From: Ferroglobus placidus DSM 10642
Lineage (GTDB): Archaea; Halobacteriota; Archaeoglobi; Archaeoglobales; Archaeoglobaceae
NCBI RefSeq assembly: GCF_000025505.1
Contig: NC_013849.1
Coordinates: 1,080,001-1,112,000, forward strand
Reading direction: 5' to 3'
DNA: 32,000 nucleotides
Part shown: positions 7,798-16,022 of the stretch, in pieces
Layout of the letters: each line of letters starts with the position of its first letter
How positions within the stretch are numbered: position 1 is the first letter of the stretch
The notes under the pieces: generated by a model
The model's input: only the letters and a program-made list of their open reading frames with translations
Told to the model about the DNA's origin: nothing
Databases searched by the model: none
Position numbers and translations under genes: made by a program

Positions 7798-10160
7798 GAG
7801 AGGCGATTTTACTTCTAAGCGTTGTTCTTCTTTTCATATTCATTTCATCCCTCGACTTCAGCAACACCCAGATGGGTGGTTTGAGAGGTTTCAAACTAAT
7901 CGAAAACATAACCGGTGGAGCGGAAGGCTCTGAAAGTTTCGAAAAACTCGCTGACCTTAATTCCTTCTCGAATCAAGCAAGAAAGCCGCTTTTTTACGTG
8001 GAAGGGCTTGATGCTGAACATCACCTCTTGAGGACTGCTGTCAGCACAACGTACGAAAATGGAGTTTGGATAAACGACAGGAGTTACAAAGATACGGCGA
8101 GGAGGAGTTTAAGCGACAGAGCCTTCAAGGTAACTCCCATAGTTCCCCTCGACTTCGTTCCAGTAACGAAGGATACAATTTTCGTGACCCTCCAAGCCGA
8201 ATTCAACTCCTCCGGAGGTGTTTTCAGAGGAAAAGTCAGAGAGAGTTACTACGGTTTTATCGGAGAAAGAGAAGGGAGAGAGGAGAGAACTAAAATAACG
8301 ATGAGCGATTACGAGTTTGAAAAAATAAAGGATTTGGCGGAAGAGGTAACCAGAGGGGCGAAGAACGATTACGAGAAGCTGAAAAAGATAGAAGAATTTC
8401 TCGAAAGAAACTACGAGTACTCCCACCTCTACTCTGCCGGAAAGGAAGATCCAGTTTATAGGTTTCTCTTCGTTGATAGAAAAGGAGTCTGCAAGCACTT
8501 CGCTTCAGCTTTCGTGATTATGGCTGAGAGCGTAGGTATTCCGGCGAGAGCCGTTTTCGGATTCTCAGTGGTAGGAACTCCAAGAAACCAGACAGTCTTT
8601 TCGGATCAGGCTCACATGTGGGCTGAAGCTTTCGTAAATGGCGAATGGATCGAATTCGATCCGACGCCGGCTGCGAGAGAAAAGCTTCCCACCGAAACGA
8701 GGATAACAGCTTTGAGCGAAGAAGTTAGGAGTGGTGGGGAGTTGGAAATAAGCGGCGTCGTTATTTCGGAAAGAGCTGTTAGCGGCTTCGTCGAAATTTA
8801 CATCGGGAAGGAAAAGAAGCCCGAAATTTTGCTCGGGTTGCTGGAAGTGAGGGACGGAAAGTTTGAAGGGAGGCTGAAAGTTCCGGAAATTAAAGGAGAA
8901 TACCACGTCTTAGCCCACTTCACCGGAACTTTCGCTTTTGAGGAATCTTGGAGCGATCCAATCGTTAAAATCTACGAGGTTCCGGAAATGTCCGTTTCCT
9001 CACCAAAATTCGTCCCGAAAAACTACGTTTTTGAGGGAAGGATTAGCGTTGATAACGCAACGATATCAGTCTACGTTGACGGAAAATTCGTGAAGGAGGT
9101 AGTAGCGAAGAACGGAACTTTCGAAGTTCCTCTCAACCTAACTGAGGGGGAACACGAAATAAAATTCTACTACCCCGGTGAGGAATTTATTAAGCCGGCT
9201 GAGGCTAAAATCAAAGTTTACTCCGGGGATTTTGTTATCGAAAGCGAAGTGGCTGAGGTTGGGAAAGGATTTAACCTCAGCGTTAAAGTCGGTGGAGCGA
9301 ATTACACCGGAGAAATTCTCGTCAACGGAAGAAAGCTTTTCGTCGAAAGCGGTAGAGTTTTCGTTCCAGTATCTTTCGAAAAAGCCGGTTATTATAATCT
9401 CAACGTTTCCGTTGGAGAGTTCAAAACGAAAGTAAAGGTTAAGGTTATGGACAGAATTTACGTGGAGCTCGAAAACGATAAGCTCAGGGTTTTCGACAGC
9501 TCTTCAGGTTACAACGGAGAGATAATCGTGAATGGAAAAAGAGTTAGAGTTGAAAACGGCTACGCTAACGTAAACTTCTCTTGGGAGTACCACGTTGTTT
9601 TTGAAGGCGACGAGTTTCACCATCCGGCGGAGTTCAAAATAAAAAGGTCTCTGCCTTGGTATTTTCTCTTACTCCCCTTTTTGAGCCTCCTCGTTTTGTT
9701 CAAAAAACCGAATTTCGGAATCGAGTTCGTTAAAGAAGAAAAGGACTTGCCGAACGTTTGGAAAGTCGGCGAAGAGATTTCATTCGTTACGATAAACTGT
9801 AACGCATTGATGAGTGGCAGAGTTGTTGCTTCACCGCTAACATTCGATAAAGCCGGGAGATACGAAGTGGTCGCTTTGAAAAAAAGAGGGTTTGTGAGCT
9901 TTAAAAAAAGCTACGAAGTCGAAATCGTCGAAGATTACGGAGAAGCTGTCGTGAAGTTGCTCGAAAAACTGGAAAATTCTCTTAAAAGTCAGGGACACAA
10001 AACGGAGTGGATGACAGCAAGGGAAATTGCGAAGCTAATTGATTTGAAGGACGAAGAATTCATAAAGATATTCGAAGACTACAGGTACGGGAAGAGGAAA
10101 GGATACAAAAGAGAAGACTTCGTTAGGGTTTGGAGGAATCTAAGAGGTGTTATAAGTTGA
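7794..10160 (+). CDS. Transglutaminase-like membrane protein (TgpA-like): N-terminal TM, extracellular transglutaminase core plus four beta-sandwich repeats, a second TM, and a cytoplasmic DUF4129-like tail
   Basis: The Cys-His-Asp core reads GVCKHFASAF ... HMWAEAFVNGEWIEFDPT. About four ~80-aa repeats carry 7 N-x-S/T sequons. The second TM is LPWYFLLLPFLSLLVLF. The C-terminal region ...FEDYRYGKRKGYKREDF... resembles DUF4129. ATGA overlap with the upstream gene. Confidence 0.9.
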   Translation: MREAILLLSVVLLFIFISSLDFSNTQMGGLRGFKLIENITGGAEGSESFEKLADLNSFSNQARKPLFYVEGLDAEHHLLRTAVSTTYENGVWINDRSYKDTARRSLSDRAFKVTPIVPLDFVPVTKDTIFVTLQAEFNSSGGVFRGKVRESYYGFIGEREGREERTKITMSDYEFEKIKDLAEEVTRGAKNDYEKLKKIEEFLERNYEYSHLYSAGKEDPVYRFLFVDRKGVCKHFASAFVIMAESVGIPARAVFGFSVVGTPRNQTVFSDQAHMWAEAFVNGEWIEFDPTPAAREKLPTETRITALSEEVRSGGELEISGVVISERAVSGFVEIYIGKEKKPEILLGLLEVRDGKFEGRLKVPEIKGEYHVLAHFTGTFAFEESWSDPIVKIYEVPEMSVSSPKFVPKNYVFEGRISVDNATISVYVDGKFVKEVVAKNGTFEVPLNLTEGEHEIKFYYPGEEFIKPAEAKIKVYSGDFVIESEVAEVGKGFNLSVKVGGANYTGEILVNGRKLFVESGRVFVPVSFEKAGYYNLNVSVGEFKTKVKVKVMDRIYVELENDKLRVFDSSSGYNGEIIVNGKRVRVENGYANVNFSWEYHVVFEGDEFHHPAEFKIKRSLPWYFLLLPFLSLLVLFKKPNFGIEFVKEEKDLPNVWKVGEEISFVTINCNALMSGRVVASPLTFDKAGRYEVVALKKRGFVSFKKSYEVEIVEDYGEAVVKLLEKLENSLKSQGHKTEWMTAREIAKLIDLKDEEFIKIFEDYRYGKRKGYKREDFVRVWRNLRGVIS

Positions 10161-11050
10161 TAAGAGCTCTGATAGTAGCTGCGATATACGCTTTAGCCTA
10201 CTACTACCTCAAATGGAACGAGCTGCTCGTTGCGATGGTATTTTCGATTTCGTACTTCGCAATAAAAAGAAGCTTCCGCCACATCTTCATGCCTCCAGCG
10301 GTTTACTTCCTTCTCGCCCCAGTTGCTAAGCAGCTCAACTTCCCCCTGCCAGAAGAAATAATACTTCTCCTGTTTTCTTTTGCGCTCCTCAGAGTCGATT
10401 TCGGAAAGTATCAGAGCTTTTCAACCGCTGCTTCAGTAATCCTTCTCATTCTCTCCGGATTCTTGCTTAAAGATAAGTTACCCTTCGGAAATTACTTCTT
10501 TTTGCTGATCGTAGCTTTAACAGCTGTAATCTTCTTTACCGTTCTCCTCCCGGAGTTGAGCGGAAAACTTGAGTTCCTGAGGAACTTGAGGGGAACGATA
10601 CTTCTCCTCTCCTTCGCCGTAGTAATTTACTCGTCTATAAGGGAATTAATCCCCCTTCCGCCAATGAGAGATTTTGCCGACTGGATAGTAGTTTCACTGC
10701 TCGTCCTAAAAACCGTCTCGGCTATAAGAAGCGAAATCGTAGAGGAAGAATTGATTAAAGAGGTTAGAAGATTCGAGAGAGAGGTTGAGAGAATAAACAA
10801 CGCGGAAAAGCTTTTTATCGATTTCGGCGTTAAAGATAAGCTGATATTCAGTCTTTCGGAAGTTCTATTCAAGTCTGGCTTTAAATCCGAAGAGGTGGCT
10901 GAAATTCTCAGACCGCTGATTTATTACTCGGATAGAAAAATTCCGAAGTACGCTTTCTCCTGGGAGAAGAGAAGAATTGAAAAAGCAAATAGGAGGAGGA
11001 GAGAGGAGGTAATTAACGAAATTAGGAGGAAGATGGAGGAGGTTAGATGA
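10157..11050 (+). CDS. Polytopic membrane protein with a charged, helical cytoplasmic C-terminal domain; function unknown
   Basis: The ORF track starts at TTG 10130. I prefer TTG 10157 because it has a TTGA overlap with the transglutaminase stop and a GAGGTG SD at 10144-10149. There are about 6 TM segments, followed by a basic/acidic tail (EKRRIEKANRRRREEVINEIRRKMEE). Confidence 0.6.
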   Translation: MIRALIVAAIYALAYYYLKWNELLVAMVFSISYFAIKRSFRHIFMPPAVYFLLAPVAKQLNFPLPEEIILLLFSFALLRVDFGKYQSFSTAASVILLILSGFLLKDKLPFGNYFFLLIVALTAVIFFTVLLPELSGKLEFLRNLRGTILLLSFAVVIYSSIRELIPLPPMRDFADWIVVSLLVLKTVSAIRSEIVEEELIKEVRRFEREVERINNAEKLFIDFGVKDKLIFSLSEVLFKSGFKSEEVAEILRPLIYYSDRKIPKYAFSWEKRRIEKANRRRREEVINEIRRKMEEVR

Positions 11051-11991
11051 TTAGAGATGTTTGCGAAAAAATAGTTGAGGAAGTTAAGAAAATCTTCGTT
11101 TCGAGCGGTGACGTCGTTGAAAAAACTCTCGCAGCAGCACTGTGCAACGGTAACGTTCTCTTCGAAGACTACCCCGGTTTAGGGAAAACATTACTTGCCA
11201 AAGCCTTCGCAAGGGTTATTGGGGCGGAATACAAAAGAATCCAGTTCACTCCAGATTTGCTGCCAGCTGACATAACCGGAACAAAGGTTTTCAGGAATGG
11301 AAGGTTCGAGCTCGTAAAAGGACCGATTTTCACGAACGTTCTCTTAGCCGATGAGATAAACAGAAGTCCACCAAAAACCCAGGCTGCTCTGCTTGAGGCT
11401 ATGGAAGAGAGGCAGGTAACTATAGAAGGCGAGACGCTAAAGCTTCCAGAACCTTTCTTCGTCATAGCGACTCAAAATCCAATAGAGCAGGAAGGGACGT
11501 ATCCTCTTCCAGAGGCTCAGCTCGACAGGTTTCTGATAAGGTTGAAGCCCGGTTATCCGAAGAGTGTTGAAGAGGAGATGGAAATACTCAGAAGGAGAAT
11601 CTCGTGGAAGAAGGATGATCCGACGGACGAAATAACTCCGGTAGTTTCCCTCGAAGAATTTAGGAGTATGCAGAAGTTCGTCGAAGAGATCTTCGTTCAC
11701 GAGGACATACTGAGGTACATAGCGGAGATAGTTAGAAAGACGAGGGAGCACGAAATTGTTGAAATAGGCGCGAGTCCGAGAGGTGCCTTAGCTTTGATGA
11801 AAATGTCGAGAGCGATAGCGGCGATAAACGGGAGAGACTACGTAATTCCAGACGACGTCAAGCTCGTGGCTAAGGAAGTCCTTTCCCACAGAATAATTCT
11901 CAAAATAGAGTACGCCGTAGAAGGTTACAGCGGAGAAGATGTTATAGAAGACGCTTTAAGAGAGGTTGAGGTGCCGAAGGTGGTTAGATGA
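11047..11991 (+). CDS. MoxR-family AAA+ ATPase
   Basis: Walker A is YPGLGKTLLAKAFA. Walker B plus the MoxR signature is LLADEINRSPPKTQAALLEAMEERQVTIEG. The length of 314 aa is typical. ATGA overlap with the upstream gene and a GGAGGAGGT SD. Confidence 0.95.
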   Translation: MIRDVCEKIVEEVKKIFVSSGDVVEKTLAAALCNGNVLFEDYPGLGKTLLAKAFARVIGAEYKRIQFTPDLLPADITGTKVFRNGRFELVKGPIFTNVLLADEINRSPPKTQAALLEAMEERQVTIEGETLKLPEPFFVIATQNPIEQEGTYPLPEAQLDRFLIRLKPGYPKSVEEEMEILRRRISWKKDDPTDEITPVVSLEEFRSMQKFVEEIFVHEDILRYIAEIVRKTREHEIVEIGASPRGALALMKMSRAIAAINGRDYVIPDDVKLVAKEVLSHRIILKIEYAVEGYSGEDVIEDALREVEVPKVVR

Positions 11992-12653
11992 AGTTCGCTA
12001 TAGTCAGCGTGGGAAACGAGCTGCTCAGAGGAGATATCGTCAACGATAACGCAAAGTACATAGCTCAAAAGCTCGCAGCTCTCGGGCACAGCGTTGAGAG
12101 AATAGTTGTCGTGCCAGATAGAGTCGACGACATCGTCGAAGAGCTTAGAAGACTTTTGAAGTACGATTTTATCTTCGTAACCGGAGGATTGGGGGCTACG
12201 CACGACGACGTTACTGCTGAAGCGATTGCTAAGGCTTTGAACAGATCCCTCGTTCTCGATGAGAAGGCAGTGAAGCAGGTGAAGAGGTGGACAGACAAGA
12301 AAGAGGTCGTAGAGAAGGTTGCGAAGATTCCAGCAGAGAGCGAAGTTATTCAGAACGATGTCGGAGTTGCTCCGGCATTCATAACTGGTAAGATAGCAGC
12401 TTTACCGGGAGTTCCCGCTGAGATGAGGGATACCTTCGAAAAGATCGTAAAAAGGTTCGAAAAGCTGGAAGTCTACGAAGAAGATGTCATTGTCGAGGGT
12501 AAAGAAGAGGATTTCCTCGAAAAGCTGAACAGCGTTGTTAGAAAGTTTCCGGACGTTGAAATCGGCTCGTATCCAAAGCCGGGATACGTTGTTTTGAAGT
12601 TTAGAGGAAAAAAGGAGAGAGTACTCGAAGCTAAAAGGGAGTTCCTCTCATGA
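11988..12653 (+). CDS. CinA-like molybdopterin-binding (MoCF_BD) domain protein
   Basis: MKFAIVSVGNELLRGDIVNDNAKYIAQKL...FIFVTGGLGATHDDVTAEAIAKAL matches the CinA N-terminal / MoaB-MogA fold signature. ATGA overlap with moxR. Confidence 0.8.
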   Translation: MKFAIVSVGNELLRGDIVNDNAKYIAQKLAALGHSVERIVVVPDRVDDIVEELRRLLKYDFIFVTGGLGATHDDVTAEAIAKALNRSLVLDEKAVKQVKRWTDKKEVVEKVAKIPAESEVIQNDVGVAPAFITGKIAALPGVPAEMRDTFEKIVKRFEKLEVYEEDVIVEGKEEDFLEKLNSVVRKFPDVEIGSYPKPGYVVLKFRGKKERVLEAKREFLS

Positions 12654-13327
12654 AGCCCTTCGTTTTCGTTAACGTTGCCGCGAGCGTCGACGGAAAAATA
12701 AGTAACGAAAGGAGAGTTCAGCTGAGAATTTCGTCAAAAGAGGACATGGAAAGGGTGGATAAGCTTAGAGCTGAGAGCGACGCAATAATGGTCGGGATAG
12801 GAACGGTTTTAGCTGACAATCCAAAACTGACCGTGAAAAGTGATGAGTTGAGAAAAAAGAGAGTTCTTGAAGGCAAGCCTGAAAATCCCCTAAGGGTTGT
12901 CGTAGACAGTAAAGCGAGAATTCCGGAAGACGCTTTGATTTTGAACGACGAAGCCGAAACTCTTTTGGCTGTTTCTAAAAAAGCTGATCTCGAAAAATTG
13001 AAAAAGCTTCAGGAAAAGGCTATGATTTTCGTAGCTGGGGAGGAGAGAGTCGATTTGAGCGAGCTCATGGAATTTCTCTACCACATAGGAGTGAGAAAGC
13101 TAATGGTCGAGGGTGGAGGAGAGCTGATAGCTTCTCTCTTCAGGGAGGGATTGGTTGACGAAATCTACGTTTACTACGGAAACGTGATAATAGCAGGAAA
13201 AAATTCGCCAACTATAGCGGATGGAAAGAGCTTAGACGAGCCAGCTGAACTCGAATTACTCGAATTTAAAAAGCTCGGAGGCGGAATCCTTACGAGATGG
13301 AGGGTAAAAAGGAAAAGATTTAATTGA
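12650..13327 (+). CDS. 2,5-diamino-6-ribosylamino-4(3H)-pyrimidinone 5'-phosphate reductase (archaeal riboflavin pathway, RibD C-terminal-domain type)
   Basis: The sequence is collinear with the archaeal enzyme as I recall it: ...SVDGKIS..., MVGIGTVLADNPKLTV, NPLRVVVDSK, VDLSELMEFLYHIGVRKLMVEGGGELIASLFREGLVDEIYVY. The protein is 225 aa. Confidence 0.85.
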   Translation: MKPFVFVNVAASVDGKISNERRVQLRISSKEDMERVDKLRAESDAIMVGIGTVLADNPKLTVKSDELRKKRVLEGKPENPLRVVVDSKARIPEDALILNDEAETLLAVSKKADLEKLKKLQEKAMIFVAGEERVDLSELMEFLYHIGVRKLMVEGGGELIASLFREGLVDEIYVYYGNVIIAGKNSPTIADGKSLDEPAELELLEFKKLGGGILTRWRVKRKRFN

Positions 13328-14299
13328 ATGATCGATCATTTCCTTCCCATGAAAGTGTACGTTGTAGGGCACATGAATCCCGACACAGATTCCGTCTGCT
13401 CCGCAATAGTATTCTCGTACCTTCTGAACAAGTGGAAGGAAAAGGACGGGCTTATTAAGATAGATGGAGAGGCTGTTCCGGTAATTCAGGGCGAACCGAA
13501 TCCGGAAACGAAGTTCGTTCTTGAAAAGTTTGGCGTGGAAAAACCGGAGATTATAGAAGACGTCGAAGGAAAAACCATAGCTTTAGTCGATTTCAGCGAA
13601 AAAGCGCAGGCTCCGAAGAACATAGAAAAGGCAGAGATAATCGCCATAGTCGACCACCACAAAATAGGAGACATAACAACACCAAACCCGATCCTCTTCG
13701 TGAACTTGCCAGTGGGGTGCACAGCCACAGTCCTCAAAAAGCTCTTCGACTGGAGTGGAGTGGAAATTCCCAAAGAGCTTGCCGGATTGATGCTCGCGTC
13801 AATTTTAAGCGACACAGTCATTTTCAAATCTGCTACAACAACGGAGCTTGACAAAGAGGCTGCAAAAGAGCTTGCAAAGATTGCGGGAATAGAGAACATC
13901 GAGGAGTTTGGTATAGAAGTGAAGGCGAAGCTTTCTGCTGTAGACGAGCTATCAGCGAGAGACATAATTTTGAGAGACTTCAAAGACTTCGACATGAGCG
14001 GAAACAAAGTGGGAATAGGGCAGATAGAACTCGTGGACTTGAAGCTAATCGAAGGAAGAAAGGAGGAAATTCTGGAAGAGCTCAAGAAGATGAAAGAGGA
14101 AGGAGGCTACCACACGGTAGCGCTAATGCTCACGGATATAATAAAGGAAGGGACCGAGCTGCTCGTCGTTACCGACGATGCAAGCGTTATCGAGAAAGCT
14201 TTCGGTAAGAAGCTCGAAGGAAATTCAGTTTGGCTCGAAGGAGTGATGAGCAGAAAGAAGCAAGTCGTTCCACCTCTTGAGAACGCATTTTCTTCGTAA
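13328..14299 (+). CDS. ppaC: Manganese-dependent inorganic pyrophosphatase (family II, DHH/DHHA2)
   Basis: Supporting motifs are VVGHMNPDTDSVCSAI, VDHHK, PVGCTATVL, ASILSDTVIFKS and the C-terminal GVMSRKKQVVPPL. The true start may be the internal ATG at 13349 (MKVYVVGH). Confidence 0.9.
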   Translation: MIDHFLPMKVYVVGHMNPDTDSVCSAIVFSYLLNKWKEKDGLIKIDGEAVPVIQGEPNPETKFVLEKFGVEKPEIIEDVEGKTIALVDFSEKAQAPKNIEKAEIIAIVDHHKIGDITTPNPILFVNLPVGCTATVLKKLFDWSGVEIPKELAGLMLASILSDTVIFKSATTTELDKEAAKELAKIAGIENIEEFGIEVKAKLSAVDELSARDIILRDFKDFDMSGNKVGIGQIELVDLKLIEGRKEEILEELKKMKEEGGYHTVALMLTDIIKEGTELLVVTDDASVIEKAFGKKLEGNSVWLEGVMSRKKQVVPPLENAFSS

Positions 14300-14312
14300 T
14301 TTTTTATTTATT
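14300..14312 (+). terminator. Oligo-T tract, candidate archaeal intrinsic terminator of the eight-gene operon
   Basis: TTTTTTATTTATT lies immediately after the ppaC stop (TAA 14297-14299) and is followed by 210 nt of AT-rich non-coding DNA. Confidence 0.35.
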
Positions 14313-14479
14313 GGTCGTTATTTTTAACTAAAAGTCACGTATTTTAGAAAACCTAAGTTTGCTTTACATTTCTTGTAAAACAATTGGAGTTGCCTTTTCA
14401 ATTAATATTGGAAAGGTAAATGGCGTAAAAACTAATCGTCTAAAAGTGTAAATTCATTATAGAAATACCGTTTTATCTA

Positions 14480-14487
14480 TTTATATG
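14480..14487 (+). promoter_or_regulatory. Candidate TATA box for the cytochrome/NrfCD-like operon (a strong SD follows at 14510-14520)
   Basis: TTTATATG lies 44 nt upstream of ATG 14524. GGGGGTGATGG (complementary to the 16S 3' end) lies 3-13 nt upstream of the ATG. Confidence 0.45.
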
Positions 14488-14523
14488 CGAAGTTACATAG
14501 ATATTAATTGGGGGTGATGGGAA

Positions 14524-14817
14524 ATGGCAGACGTAGTTACGTTGTTTGTAATTCTCGGGGTGCTCGGAGGTATAGTTAACTTGCTGCTGGCGTACATTAA
14601 AAAGTGGGAAGTGCTCGGAGTTTTAACCTTAGCGGCTGCATTCCCCATAATCGGCGTTACTCTCCTTGACGCAATATACGGAAACATGGGGTTCTTTGCA
14701 GCAGTAATTGCCTTCGCCGGAATCGTGACGATACTCGTGATGACTGTGGCGGCGCTCAGCATCGCAGGAATACAGGCGATACTCGGAGTCGAAGAGAAGG
14801 AAGAAGTTTCCTCTTAA
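14524..14817 (+). CDS. Small hydrophobic membrane protein (97 aa, 3-4 TM); first gene of the cytochrome operon
   Basis: A strong SD precedes the start. The sequence is Gly/Ala/Ile/Leu/Val-rich (VILGVLGGIVNLLLAY, LTLAAAFPIIGVTLL, FFAAVIAFAGIVTILVMTVAALSIAGI). I recognise no family. Confidence 0.6.
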   Translation: MADVVTLFVILGVLGGIVNLLLAYIKKWEVLGVLTLAAAFPIIGVTLLDAIYGNMGFFAAVIAFAGIVTILVMTVAALSIAGIQAILGVEEKEEVSS

Positions 14818-14844
14818 ATTTTCTAATTTTTTGGAGGTTGATAA

Positions 14845-15309
14845 ATGAAACACGTAACAAGAGCCCTACTTTTGTTTGTCTTTATAGTTCTCGTTTTTAT
14901 CTCTGCTATTTTCACTTTGCGAGCACTGGGAGAAGAATACTACCCCGGGATTCCAGACAGTCTTCTTGGCATCAAAGGACTTTACGGATACGACAGAAAC
15001 GAAAAGGAAATAATTAGAAACGAGCCAGATTTTCTGGGGAAAGAATACTGCAAGAACTGTCACGGGGAAATTTACGAAAAAAGTTTGAAGGGTAAGCACA
15101 ACTTCGAGTGCGAAACCTGTCACGGAGCTGGGAAGGGGCATCCAGATAAGGATTTGAGCGTTGAAAATACGAGAGAATTCTGCCTGAACTGCCACAAGCC
15201 CGTGATAGCGAGACCGGACTTCAGCTTGGTTTACGACTGGGAAACGCATGGATATCCGGATAAGCCTTGTACGGTTTGTCACGACGCCCACTATCCGTGG
15301 TTCGGGTGA
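14845..15309 (+). CDS. Membrane-anchored tetrahaem c-type cytochrome (NrfB-like position in the operon)
   Basis: An N-terminal signal anchor is present (ALLLFVFIVLVFISAIF). There are four CxxCH motifs: CKNCH, CETCH, CLNCH and CTVCH. A GGAGGT SD lies at 14833-14838. Confidence 0.85.
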   Translation: MKHVTRALLLFVFIVLVFISAIFTLRALGEEYYPGIPDSLLGIKGLYGYDRNEKEIIRNEPDFLGKEYCKNCHGEIYEKSLKGKHNFECETCHGAGKGHPDKDLSVENTREFCLNCHKPVIARPDFSLVYDWETHGYPDKPCTVCHDAHYPWFG

Positions 15310-15314
15310 TAAGC

Positions 15315-16022
15315 ATGATTTCCCGAAGGGAGTTTCTGAAGAGCGGGATAAAGCTTGCGATAATTTTAACGTTGCCAGTTTCTTCAGCTAAGAGCGAGAA
15401 GTACGTTTACGTGATAGACTCATCCCGCTGCATAGGTTGTGGAAGCTGCGTTAGAGCTTGCAGAGAGGAGAACAAAGTGCCTGAAGGGAAGTACAGAACG
15501 TGGGTGGAGAGGTACGTTGTTTACATGAACGAGGGGATAGAGGAGGTTTACGTCGAATCTCCAGAAGGGGGAGAGCACGGATTCGAAGATTTGGATTTCA
15601 ACGATAAAGAGGTGCTAAGAGCTTACTTCGTTCCCAAGCTGTGCATGCACTGCGAAAAACCTCCTTGCGTTAAGGTTTGCCCGGTCAACGCAACCTGGCT
15701 AACTGATGACGGTTTCGTTTTAATCGACGAGGATCACTGCATTGGCTGTAAGTACTGCATCCAAGCATGCCCCTACGGAGCGAGGTACTTCCACGAGGAG
15801 AAGCACGTCGTTGATAAGTGCACGTGGTGTTACCACAGAGTTAAGAGAGGAATGAAGCCAGCATGCGTCCACGTTTGCCCGACTAAGGCGAGAATTTTCG
15901 GAAAAATAAGCGACAAGGAGATAGAGGAAAGGCTGAGAGATCCGACGATAAAAATCCTGAAGCCCGAGCTGAACACGAGACCAAAAGTGTTCTACCAGAA
16001 AGTTGGTTGGGAGGTGTGGTAA
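15315..16022 (+). CDS. Tat-dependent 4Fe-4S ferredoxin-type subunit (NrfC/PsrB/HybA-like)
   Basis: I trimmed the start to ATG 15315, which gives MISRREFLKSGIKLAIILTLPVSSA, a Tat motif (SRREFLK) with an h-region. The four Cys groups are CIGCGSCVRAC, CMHCEKPPCVKVCP, CIGCKYCIQACP and CTWCYHR...CVHVCP. Confidence 0.9.
   Translation: MISRREFLKSGIKLAIILTLPVSSAKSEKYVYVIDSSRCIGCGSCVRACREENKVPEGKYRTWVERYVVYMNEGIEEVYVESPEGGEHGFEDLDFNDKEVLRAYFVPKLCMHCEKPPCVKVCPVNATWLTDDGFVLIDEDHCIGCKYCIQACPYGARYFHEEKHVVDKCTWCYHRVKRGMKPACVHVCPTKARIFGKISDKEIEERLRDPTIKILKPELNTRPKVFYQKVGWEVW

Noticed and set aside
6098-11991. The MoxR-vWA-like module interpreted as an NTP-dependent conflict or defence system.
   Set aside because: No nuclease, protease-effector, TIR/SIR2-like or mobile-element genes accompany it. 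The module is fused into an operon with housekeeping genes. The DUF58-TGase-MoxR combination is widespread as a core-genome cluster. I kept it only as an envelope-machine hypothesis.
13486-14085. A 199-aa Ser-rich minus-strand ORF inside ppaC. Similar Ser/Phe/Leu-rich antisense ORFs lie at 31425-31811, 24010-24279, 18596-18814 and 10627-10872.
   Set aside because: Their low-complexity Ser-rich translation is the typical mirror image of Glu/Lys/Leu-rich sense genes. In every case the sense gene has clear family signatures.
15267-15314. An upstream start (MYGLSRRPLSVVRVIS) for the NrfC-like Fe-S protein.
   Set aside because: It overlaps the tetrahaem cytochrome gene by 43 nt. The internal ATG 15315 places the SRREFLK Tat motif at the canonical distance from the N-terminus.
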